A stretch of DNA of 63,253 nt, the filler included, from Choristocarpus tenellus KU-1152 (taxonomy: Eukaryota; Protista; Phaeophyceae), in assembly GCA_964200185.2 (NCBI GenBank). It is 11 parts of 11 records of this genome, joined end to end, with 100 filler letters (N's around TTAATTAATTAA, not from the genome) between each part and the next. Parts side by side here need not be neighbours in the genome. Positions count along the whole stretch, not along the records: positions 43,810 to 53,388 come from CAXNAD020003562.1; positions 53,489 to 56,530 come from CAXNAD020022742.1; positions 56,631 to 60,237 come from CAXNAD020018987.1; positions 60,338 to 63,253 come from CAXNAD020023679.1; 7 more parts are not named here. One strand, written 5' to 3'. Shown piece after piece: positions 50,601 through 60,679 of the stretch. The position numbers were made by a program, and so were the translations under genes. Below the pieces are notes generated by a model. That model was not told the origin of the DNA. It did no database searches and was given only the letters and a program-made list of their open reading frames with translations. How positions within the stretch are numbered: the stretch's first letter is position 1; each line of letters opens with the position of its first letter.

Positions 50601-52392
50601 AGAAAATATAGAACTCAGCTGAAGTACATTCTTAAGGGGCAGTACGCACAATGCTACTGTGCACAATACTTTTGGGAAAAATATCTTCATAGTAGGGATA
50701 ACCCGCACACACAACTATTCATGGAGAGAAGCCTCTCACCGTCCAGCGGTCCTTCTCCCCCCCAAGTCCACCAATAAGCTTTTGGGCTCGATCAAGCCTT
50801 GCCCGGCATTCCTCAACATCTCTCATTAACTTTTCCTAATGTTTTGAGGAGTGAGCAACAGAAATAGAAGGAGAGAAAGAGAGAAAGACAGAGTGAGAGA
50901 GAGAGAGATGAAGAGGTGTTGGGCAGGATGCCTCTATGATTGAAGGTAAGATTCATTCGCTTCTTTGTAGGATCCAATCTAGACCTACTGATAGAAACTA
51001 CCTCTTTTTGTTTCCGGAATGCAATCCCTCCTTACATGATGGACTATTTTATTGTACAAAGGCCTAGTTGCTTATACCTAGTATCTCTTTCCCCTACAAC
51101 AATTCTTCTTGCCGATCATGTAGTGTCTTGGATTAGTACACATGGATTCATGAAGGCATTTTCAAGTAGTGAGATAGAATTAATTAAGGCCTGTATTATC
51201 ATACTGCGATCTCAGTGACTATTGGAATTGTTTTCATCATTACTACGAATACTGCTCAAACCTCACTATGATTTGAAATTCGTTTATGCTATCTATGGAT
51301 GCAAATTGGGCGATAAAGAGAAAATGGTAGAACCAATGTATAAAAATTCCTGATCACACCTTTTTAGCATTGGCCTCATCAAACTGGGCCTCAAGTAGAG
51401 CCACCTTGTCAAGTGTTTCTTTCAGGACGGCCTGTGCTTGCGCCAACTCAGCCAGTGTTCCATCGAGCTCCGCCTACATATATGCATAATGAGGGTTTCA
51501 GGAGAAGGACATTTTGCCTAGTAGCATTGACACCTACATGTGGGCATCCCTCACAAGTGTATCTTGATCCCCAATAGTCAAAATCTTGTAATTTTTTGAG
51601 GTGCACCAATCACATACTGTTTTCAAAAGGATTAACCTCAATCCTTGCTGCGTTTTCTCAGAAAAAATAGTGATATTGATGTGAACATATCTTAGAGGGG
51701 CAGGTTTGAACCTATTTGAATCATTAAGGCGTTTTCAACCTTGTGTCTACACCCCGCTTCTTTATGAATAATTCATACATGTTTTTCTGGTTGCTGTGGC
51801 CGTGGTAGACAAGACCCTCTGAATGGAGTTATTGTGATGAGTTTCAGAGTGGAGGGACATACATTTGGTTAAAGTGACAAAAGGAAGGCTCTCCCACCGA
51901 TCTCTACGATTAAATCCCATCCAGAATGCTTTGAATCTTGTGTGTTATGAACATTTCCACAGAATTGGCTCAGACTCTTAAGGGAACACCACGCATTATC
52001 TCCACATAAGTCTGAGAGACCTTCAGGCCCAGGTGAAGATATTTCATGGAGGAAAAGCATGCAATAGCAGTAAGAAGACATGGAGAAAGGAGAATATTGA
52101 TGTTCAAGGAGGAGCTGTGAAAACAAATTGAAGCAAAAGGGAATCAGGAGAGTTAGGTTCAGTCATTTGTACCAAGGGAACATGAATGGTGTGCTTATTG
52201 CTGTGAATATCTAGCCAGTTGGGCGATCACCTGTTTCTCAGCAAGAAGTCTTCTCTTGGGCTCAACTTGCAACGCCACAGTATTGTATTTATGCATGGCT
52301 CTGACCCATAGGCAGATAGCGGTGCAAGCCTTGGACGCCTTTTCAATCTGCTTAGCTTCAAAGTCTGGGTTGACAATAAATGGGTCAATGGC
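44681..52392 (-). CDS. Axonemal dynein heavy chain, internal fragment from stalk through AAA5 to lid (exons 52392-52231, 51473-51360, 50835-50740, 49786-49583, 48856-48752, 48153-48001, 47845-47771, 47182-46978, 46430-46276, 45944-45780, 45413-45258, 44878-44681)
   Basis: Twelve exons splice in phase without stops: [93 protein letters not shown]. It resembles single-headed inner-arm dyneins; the paralogue was not assigned. Confidence 0.96.
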
Positions 52393-53489
52393 CTGCAGCA
52401 TTGCATGATCAAGGCAACAATTGATTGGGATGAGAGAATATCTGTCAGGTGGATGCTCGATTTAACTGCAGTGAGGGTCAAGATTATGACAGGAAAATGT
52501 GCTTTGAAATACTTCAAACAAGTATACCTACACTACTTGAGAAGGTCTTTATGAAGAATGCTATATTGACTCTGCATGTTACAGACCTAATCGGGGAATA
52601 GACCAAAATCATCAAGGTATCATCCTCACTGTGCTATCATACCTCTTACAGAGACTGTGGCAATGCAAGTTATCTCTCTAGTAGACACCTGCTTCACTAA
52701 GAAACAGCTGATGTCATCATGTCTAGTATGGAGGAGTCAATACGGTAGCAGTCCCACAGAACTCAATTGACAAAGCCATTGTTTGAAGCTGAAAGATTAT
52801 GGGAGGTAAACCCAAGAAATATCACTTGTGTGGTTTTACCTTGTAGTGTTAATTCTTTTTGACCAATGTGGAAGCATTTGGAAGTTTTTTTTTTGTTGTG
52901 CAAAAGGAGGAGGTGATCGATCCTGGTCGATGCAAATGCCAGTACATGGAACTGCACCAATAAGTCAGAGTACCTGAATTCTCGCGCAGTCCAACATTCT
53001 GTTCGTGAGAGGTTATACAACAACAACTACTCGCAAATGGGGAAATTACTTCAAGTTATACATGGAAGTTTTATCGTAATGACATGTGTCTAAATTAAAG
53101 TCAGGAATGGCAAGTGATTATTGAAAACCAGAGGAACAATTCACGGTTCCTGGGGTGCAAGAACCAAATCGATGATGTTTTTGCACTAATCATTGTACCC
53201 AGTATATACACTAGTATTCCACTTCACTCAATTTAAAGAATAGAAGATAATTCAGATAGTAAGCACTAATTATTTCTATCCCTGCATTTCGAAATGGCAA
53301 AGTGGTCTATAGTTTGAAGAACGATTTCCCCAAGTTAGTCATCTAGGTATTGGGTCAGCTTCCACTTGGGCTCAAAGTATCTGGGGGGNNNNNNNNNNNN
53401 NNNNNNNNNNNNNNNNNNNNNNNNNNNNNNNNTTAATTAATTAANNNNNNNNNNNNNNNNNNNNNNNNNNNNNNNNNNNNNNNNNNNNC

Positions 53490-53660
53490 CATGTGGGCCC
53501 ATTCCATTCTCTGTCGATCCTTCTCCATTCTGCGAAATCTAAACCTGGGTATCTATTACTCTAGCTGGGTTAATCCCTCCACTTATGTTCGGTCCTTGCC
53601 CTTGCCTGTCGCGTGTGCCGTCGTCTCCTTCCTCCATCATCTCCACAACCCCATCCTCTT
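53490..53660 (+). repeat. Dispersed repeat, with a second copy inverted at about 62128-62300
   Basis: CATGTGGGCCCATTCC...CCCTCCACTTAT...CTCCACAACCCCATCC aligns with the reverse complement of 62128-62300. Confidence 0.85.
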
Positions 53661-53841
53661 ATTGGAACTTGTATCATTTGTTACAATGTATTGTTACCTC
53701 TACATCGAACACGTCTTTCCAATTTCAAATTATTCGAGTTCCATTTCCAACTTTCTAACCTTGTTCAAGTTTTTGTTGCACCTGATGAGGCTACCGACAA
53801 AGAGTAGGGAAGAGTGAAGAGCGAAGTAGTCGATCGGGCAA

Positions 53842-56530
53842 ATGTCAAGCGTGTACATCCATCTTGGCCAGGCTGGAAACCAGATCGGGAAGGAGTTATG
53901 GAGAATGGCAGAGACAGAGTTCGTTTCCAACCCAGGTTTCTCCTCAAGTGGTGCATTAAGAAAGGCAGGGCACTTCAACCATTTGATGGAAGGTGGAGAT
54001 GCCATGTTCCACGCCGAAGATGGGTACTCAAGGTACCTTGCAGTGGACAGCGAACCGAAGGTAACCTGTCCTTGTAGCGATAGTGATGTTGATTGGCGCC
54101 TCTCAAGATACTGCTACTTGATTACGTGTAAGGGGTTCGATGTACTGATATGCCACAACTTGCCCTTACCAGGTAGTTCAAAGCTGCCAACTTGAGGTCC
54201 ATTCTCTCAGACCAGACAATGTGATCTTCGATCAAGGAGGTCTTGCCAACAACTGGGCCATGGGCTTCCGCAGCTGCACGAAAGAAGGTTCGACAATATA
54301 GTCTGGTGGCGTGTGCGGTGTACCTGTGGAATATACCAAATCTGAAGGGCCGCCTTTGGGCTGTCTTCATCGTTCAACCGACTTGTTAAGTGTTTAATCC
54401 CCCCCCCCAATCATGCCTCTCTGGTACAACAGCACGAAAGAAGATCCTAGCAATATAGTGTGGTGACGAGTGCGTTCTACCTGCGAGATATGCCAAATCT
54501 GAAGGGTTGCGTTTGGGCTGTCTCAAATGATTCAGCTGACTTGTCCACTATGAACTTCCTCCCCAATCATACCTCTCCGATGAAGGGAATGATCGATATA
54601 AGTTGCTTCAATTTCGCTGCCGCTGGAGATTTCTTCGCTCAGCAGATCTTGGGGTGTAGTGTAGAGCATGTCGCCTCCAATGTGCCATGTCCATCCCCCC
54701 TCCCTCTTCCCAGGTAGTCTCCTAGACCGTTGCATGGAGGGTGCCAGAAGGGAGATAGAGCGCTGCAGCTGGCCCAACAGTATTGTGATAGTGCACAGCC
54801 TTGCTGGTGGGACAGGATCTGGACTTGGGTCGGCCTTGCTTCAGGTACGCCACCTTGAGATGTAACAGATTCGTCAGGCTGAGCTTGATTGAGATAGCAT
54901 CTACCGACTTTACTGCTGAACATCGAATTCCTACCCCCATTTCCCTCCCATCTTGCACGCCCAACTTCTCTTCTCACTTCAGGCACTCCGTGACGAGTAT
55001 CCTTCTCTGTACCTCATCAATATTAGTGTGTGGGCGCTTCAAGCAGGCGAAACCCCCTTGCAGCACTACAACACGGCCCTGTCTCTGCAGCACTTGCAGG
55101 CGTTTTCTGACGCCGTAGTCTACCGGTCCAATGATGATCTCCTCCAGGCTGGGGCGGGGCCAAGGTTTGAGCTGGACTTGGATGGACACCTGCGACAGGT
55201 ATTTTTTTTCTCTTAATAACCTTTACAAAAAGAAGTGCTTCTTTCTTGCGAGCAGGAGGGGGGATTTGAACTAGGGGGGATACCGACTGGTGACAGACTA
55301 TGTAAACTCAAGGTTCTGTGATTACTGCTGTGCTTTCAGAACTGAGGTTGCCTGCTGACTTCTAGCCTCCATTTGAGCTTCGAAGTATGGTCTTATGTTT
55401 AAGGGAGGGGCTTGACAGCCATTCATGGCTGCAAATGGGATGGACTATTTGACCAAAGACTTTTTTGGACTGGATTGGATTCTCAGTGAGTTTGATCACC
55501 CAACATTGTTGTTTCAGACAACTATCTTTCATCAACTATCAATTGCCAATTGATTACGTGTGTAGTGGATATCAAGAGATCGATTGCACAGTCCACTTTT
55601 CCAGATAGGCATTTTCCCTAGAACTGAAATTCCCGAGTGCTGTCTCAACAGATCAACCTGCGCGCATTGATATCTAATTGATTCCACATTGCCTGTCTAG
55701 AGTGAACTGATTACCGGGATTTAAACACACATCTTCTTGGTGTTAACAAAAGATCCTTGCTTTCCCAACATCTCCAGGTTGTAAGGTATAGATGGCCTAA
55801 GTTTCCACATGTGCCTTTTCTGGGAAGCAGTCAAACACCTGAAAAGATCCAAATGTATTTCATCTATGGACCTTCTGCCAGTAATAGGTTGCCCAATTTT
55901 GCTTGTACCACTCTCGTATTTTGCTGTATCTTTTGGAAAACATAGGTTGAGGGTGTGCTTGCTCCTGTCGATGTCCTGTGCCCCTTCATGTCATGTAACA
56001 TTCACAGTAGTTGCTTCAAATCCAAAAAAAAAGCAACTCCTCCATCTCATGATGACACTGTGGAAATGTAACACAGGGTCCGCCCTGCCCTGCCCCCTTA
56101 ACCCTTGCCCTCACGAAGGTGGTATCTTCCTCACCAGCTTCCGGAGGCAGAAGGCTACCACCCTCAATGAGGACAGGAGACATGAATAACTCTCTTGCAT
56201 CAGATCTTGCCTCCTACTTTTTTCCAACCTCCTACCCACTTGGGACCCAAGCCCCTCCATTTGGGAGCATGAGGGGTGTCAATGGTGGTGGCAGTGGCAT
56301 GGGCATGGGAGTCCATGCTTTTGACGGTGGTTCATTAGTTTCAAATGTCTGTCCTCTCCCCTCTGCCAAGTTTGTGGATCTACGCTCCACCATCTCAATC
56401 CTAAAAACACCTCACCTGCCCCCCAGGAGGCGATGGGGGGAGAGAAAGGCGTGTCAGGAAGCAGGCCTGTCCCCGGAATGGGGAAAGCTTGCCCGGGTTC
56501 TGGGGAAGGGAACCCCATTACGCCCAGGGT
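53842..56530 (+). CDS. Divergent centriolar tubulin, zeta(eta)-type rather than delta; 3' truncated (exons 53842-54060, 54173-54287, 54714-54844, 54983-55198, 56119-56530)
   Basis: LGQAGNQIG, VDSEPKVV, NNWAMGF, HSLAGGTGSGLGS, LRDEYP and GETPLQHYNT, with consistent phases. The tubulin call is firm; the subfamily is inferred. Confidence 0.88.
54276..54580 (+). repeat. Diverged tandem duplication (period about 156 bp) spanning the tubulin exon 2 donor
   Basis: GCACGAAAGAAG...CCAAATCTGAAGGG...CCCCAATCAT occurs from 54276 and again from 54432. Confidence 0.9.
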
Positions 56531-59500
56531 NNNNNNNNNNNNNNNNNNNNNNNNNNNNNNNNNNNNNNNNNNNNTTAATTAATTAANNNNNNNNNNNNNN
56601 NNNNNNNNNNNNNNNNNNNNNNNNNNNNNNGGGGAGGGGGGGAGGTTGCTCTATTTCCGTTGAAGTTGTTGTCACAGTGTGTAAGATTACTGTGAGGTTG
56701 GACATTAAATGGGAGTCAGATACTACTGTTTGAAGGAAGCCTGGTCCCAAGATTTTGGTGGAGCTTGAGGATATCCAGACTGAAGAGCTTTGTTTTTGAA
56801 ATGTGTTTGTCCAGCATGTTTGTGAAGGTATTTAGAGAGAGAGAGAGAGAGGGACCTTTTTGAAAATTTGGATGTTGATCAAGTTTTGGTGTATCTAATA
56901 CCTGGACATACCTACCTGCCGACTTGTTTGCCACCTTGTTTTCCTGTGGTGATTTTCCTGAGAGGGATATTTAGACTTGCGAGGCGTGTCAGTTTTTTTA
57001 TGTTTTTTGTTTTAACATTTGTAACACTGCGCTCCACACTATGAGACCTATCACACTGCAGTGTTACGGATAATATATTTTTTTTCTATGATTTTAATAT
57101 TTATGGAATGCGTTTGACTCCACCACATGCATCTGTTGCCATGTGTTTACTCCCATGGAACATCAGTCAAGAGTTACAAACTCTTGTACGTGCATCTTCG
57201 CCAGTTTTGTCACAGAATGCCGATAAGCAAATCAACCATAGCGTAGTACGTCACATCTTATCGCTCAGTCATCGATAGGGTGGGGTGGGGTGAGTCTGAC
57301 GCATCTTACATACCTGGCTTTTGTCATTGAGGAATAGATTCAGAGTGCCCATTTGAACAGATAGTCCCCCTGCTTCGAAGCCATGTGATCAACAGATGCG
57401 AAGTCATTTTCTGTTGGTTTCGTCGCCTTATCTTTCCCTTGGTGTAAACACCACGCACGATGCCTTCCTTTGGTAGAGGACAGAAATAACTAATCCGCAA
57501 TAATGAAGCTGCTGATGCGCCAGGGAGAAGAGGGGGAGTGCTGTATAGAAGAACGCGAGAACACTTTGCTCTCCTTTTTTGATCCTGAAAGGTCGCAACT
57601 TCTTGAAGGGAGGTGACATACGTCCTCTACCTTTCTAGTCCAATATCGGTAGGGTCTGTATCACGCACTCTTTTTCTGGACAAGAGTCATGCTATTGATG
57701 CCGATGTTTTTGTTGTTGATTGGGGTTTTTTTTAGTGCTATGAATTGTTCGCATTCCTCTACTGTTGTCATGGCCTTACCATGTAGCTTGCCCCCAATCT
57801 CCCCTCCCCCCAAAAAAAACAAAAAAAAAAACAAGAACAATTCCCCTCATGTGCTGATATACCTGTGATGGTGGTGTCTTGTCTCTGATCGTGCCGGGGA
57901 CAGATTTTTATTGCTGACAACAATGGAGGAGAACTGACGAGCCTTTCATCCATCCGATTTTATGGCTCCAACATATCGGGGATGAAAATGAGTGATTTCA
58001 AGAAGGCTGGACAGGAGTGAGTTGAGGTGTTGTTGGGTCTGGGGTTCTTGAGGGAAGAGGAAGTGTGTAGGGGCAGGCGGGGAAAGAGGGTAGGGAGGGC
58101 AAGGGTTGGTAGGGTTAGGGTTTATAGCTTATGAGAAAGAAGGGGAGAGTTGAGGGCCTGGGGGATGTATCTTGCCTAGATTCCTTCGCACGATTTGGAG
58201 TTTGATGTTGTTGGAAGGCGCATGCACCGTTGCAGCCGTTTTTGGTGGGTGGTGGAATGCAAGGGACTTTTTATTTTCTTCCTGGGTTGGTGTAGTCTCA
58301 GGTTGGTGTAATTGTGTTGTTTTAAAGGACTCTAGAGTGTGGGTTTTGTCGTGTTGAGAAATCTGGAATGCTTTTTTTTTTAGTGTAATCTGTGAACAAA
58401 TCTGTTTTCAAGATGTGTATTTATTTATTTATTTATTTTTCTGGTATGAAATGGTTGAAAGCGTGTTTGCTCTTTTCTTCACGTGGTGCATAAAAATCTC
58501 CGTGGTTGCAATGCTGCCCTTGTGTTTCCTCAGGGGCTGAACATATTCACTGCTGGGATGGGAATAAAAAACAAAAGTTTTTAGGGGTTGGAAAGGCAAC
58601 TATTTTTGAAGGATCGTGCGAATTTGGCTGGGGTATCATCCATTGCTATCAGTGTTTTTTTTTCATATTCTTCCTCTGGTATGTGAAACATATTCTATGC
58701 TTTGGGGAGACCGCCGGGGGAACTCCAGTGTTGGTGACGAGATTGGAAAGGGCAAAAGGTGTCTTAAGTGCTCCTCTGACGGCATCCCATCTAAAGAGAA
58801 GGATTTTGATGGGGCACGTAGAGATGTCTTTTGGGAGGATGTGCAGGAGGGCAGGGGGAAAAAAAGGTCTCTCACAACTAATTCATGAGGAAGAGTTAAG
58901 GTGTTGTGTGAGGCGAGGGGGAAATAAAGTATTTTTTGAATTCTTCCTGGTTGTCGTCGTCCTTTTTTAACTATCTCTTTTTTGTAGAGCTCGTCGTGCA
59001 CGATTTTTTAAAGGGTTATTTCTCTTTATTCTCTGTCTAGTCAATGCATGCTTTAGCCTTGCGCTACCTCCCCTTTTTTATCCTTGCTGGGACAAGGCGA
59101 GGAAAACTTGACATTTGAGAATCTTCGATGGTCTATAGAGATTGTGCTGTAACAGAAGACATCACCAGAGCCAAGGGGTGATTGGGTTGCAGAAAATGGG
59201 ACTCGCAGAAGGCAAGCTATGTACCCTTGCCTGCCAAGAGTGGATCCATAACCTGAATGAATGGAAAGTCGCCTGTTTTTAAATGGAAGTCGCCCGCTCT
59301 TAAGAGAGGGGGCAGAGTGGTAGAAAAAAAAATTTCCGAGTTCCACTGTAGGAGGCAGGGTGCCGTTGTTGCATGACACGATGAACAGAAAACATAGGTA
59401 ACAATCTACGCTACAAAAGTTGTGCATCTGGACTGGGTCTCTTGAAGTAAAGCCTAACCAAGCTGACTGACCACTTTTCCTCCTGTTTGTTAGGAGGGGG

Positions 59501-60337
59501 CTAGTAGTGGGAGGCAGAGGAGTGAATGAACGTCCTGAGGATATTTCAGCCACTCGCCTGAGACCTGGGCCAGAGAGAATTGTCCTCCTTGTTAGTGGGA
59601 TTACTGCTCTTGCAGTGGGTATACATAAATGACCTTGTCCAGTAGGTCAATGCTGCTGGTAACTCTGGTAAGGTGGCACAAATATTTCAGATGAGACAGG
59701 TATATGGACAAATATTGCCTGATCATATGCCTTGTTCAAGGTCTCCCCATGATGCCAGAGAAGCACTGATGGCAGGGGATGGAATGGAAGACGAAACTTC
59801 CTGAGGAAATGGAAGTCTTTTGTACATACTGGTCTGTACGGAAGTCTAATCGTTGTTGTGGTGCCTGTGGCCTGCAGAGTAGAAAGACAAGCCTGATCCG
59901 AAGTCTCCTCAACTGACTGTGAAGATAGGAGCTGCTATGGTTGTGTTTTGAGAGGTGTTCCTCTACGAAATGGTAGTCAACCCGATGTTGATTTTTTTTT
60001 GTGACACTCAGTGCCCATCTACTGTTATTTGGCTACCACATACCACCATTACTCCCTCTTATCTCGCCCTCACCCAGCATCAAGAATTCATTACAGCTGA
60101 TCTGATTACTCCCCAGTCAATAGGGAGCTGTGGAAGCAAAGACAGATTCTGCACCTTAAAGAAGCTAAAGTCAACCACGAGTGGTTTTTTAGTTCCCCCC
60201 CCCCCCCCCCTTTCCCCCCACCCCCCTCCCCACCGGANNNNNNNNNNNNNNNNNNNNNNNNNNNNNNNNNNNNNNNNNNNNTTAATTAATTAANNNNNNN
60301 NNNNNNNNNNNNNNNNNNNNNNNNNNNNNNNNNNNNN

Positions 60338-60679
60338 CCCGCCCCCCCTCTGCATGTAAGGTAAGGCCTCCCTTGGCGTCGTCTTGGGATCCTTGGGGAA
60401 AAGGTGCGAGGCCCCGCTCGTTTGCCACGCCTTCATCGATCGGCTCTGGAACTTGGTGATGCCAATGCGTCCGAGGTTGCTCTTCACGGTCGTCTCCTTC
60501 TTCTTGATGCGCTCATATTCTTCTGTGGAGACGCCATTGGGGATATACCCCATGCGAAGCGGCCTGGACGCCACGGCCCTTGCCTTCATCCGTTGCGAAC
60601 CCGACGTGGGAGCGACGAAGGCGACGGCGCCTGCTGCCAGGAAGAGGATGCAGAACACTGTACGAAGGAAGCGGGCCAT
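60338..60679 (-). CDS. Small plastid-targeted protein of unknown function, 3' truncated
   Basis: Signal peptide MARFLRTVFCILFLAAGAVA followed by FVAP (ASAFAP-type cleavage motif), a basic transit peptide, then GYIPNGVSTEEY...FQSRSMKAWQ...HLFP. Confidence 0.82.

Noticed and set aside
44681-52392. Introner-like repeated introns in the dynein gene
   Set aside because: The introns differ in length and show no shared sequence or terminal repeats by eye.
27104-58120. Scattered CCCTAACCCT / TAGGGTTAGGG telomere-like motifs (about 27104, 29492, 34948, 36160, 36422, 58110)
   Set aside because: Only about two units each, with no arrays and no consistent position. I cannot distinguish them from background without counts.
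59053-59940. Minus-strand ORF fragments as a gene
   Set aside because: Frames break repeatedly, I found no consistent splice model and I recognised no motif.
19299-60337. Regularly recurring TTAATTAATTAA palindrome as a biological repeat
   Set aside because: It is always centred in identical N-runs, so it is a concatenation linker. Adjacency across it, including transposase next to MITE contigs, carries no linkage information.
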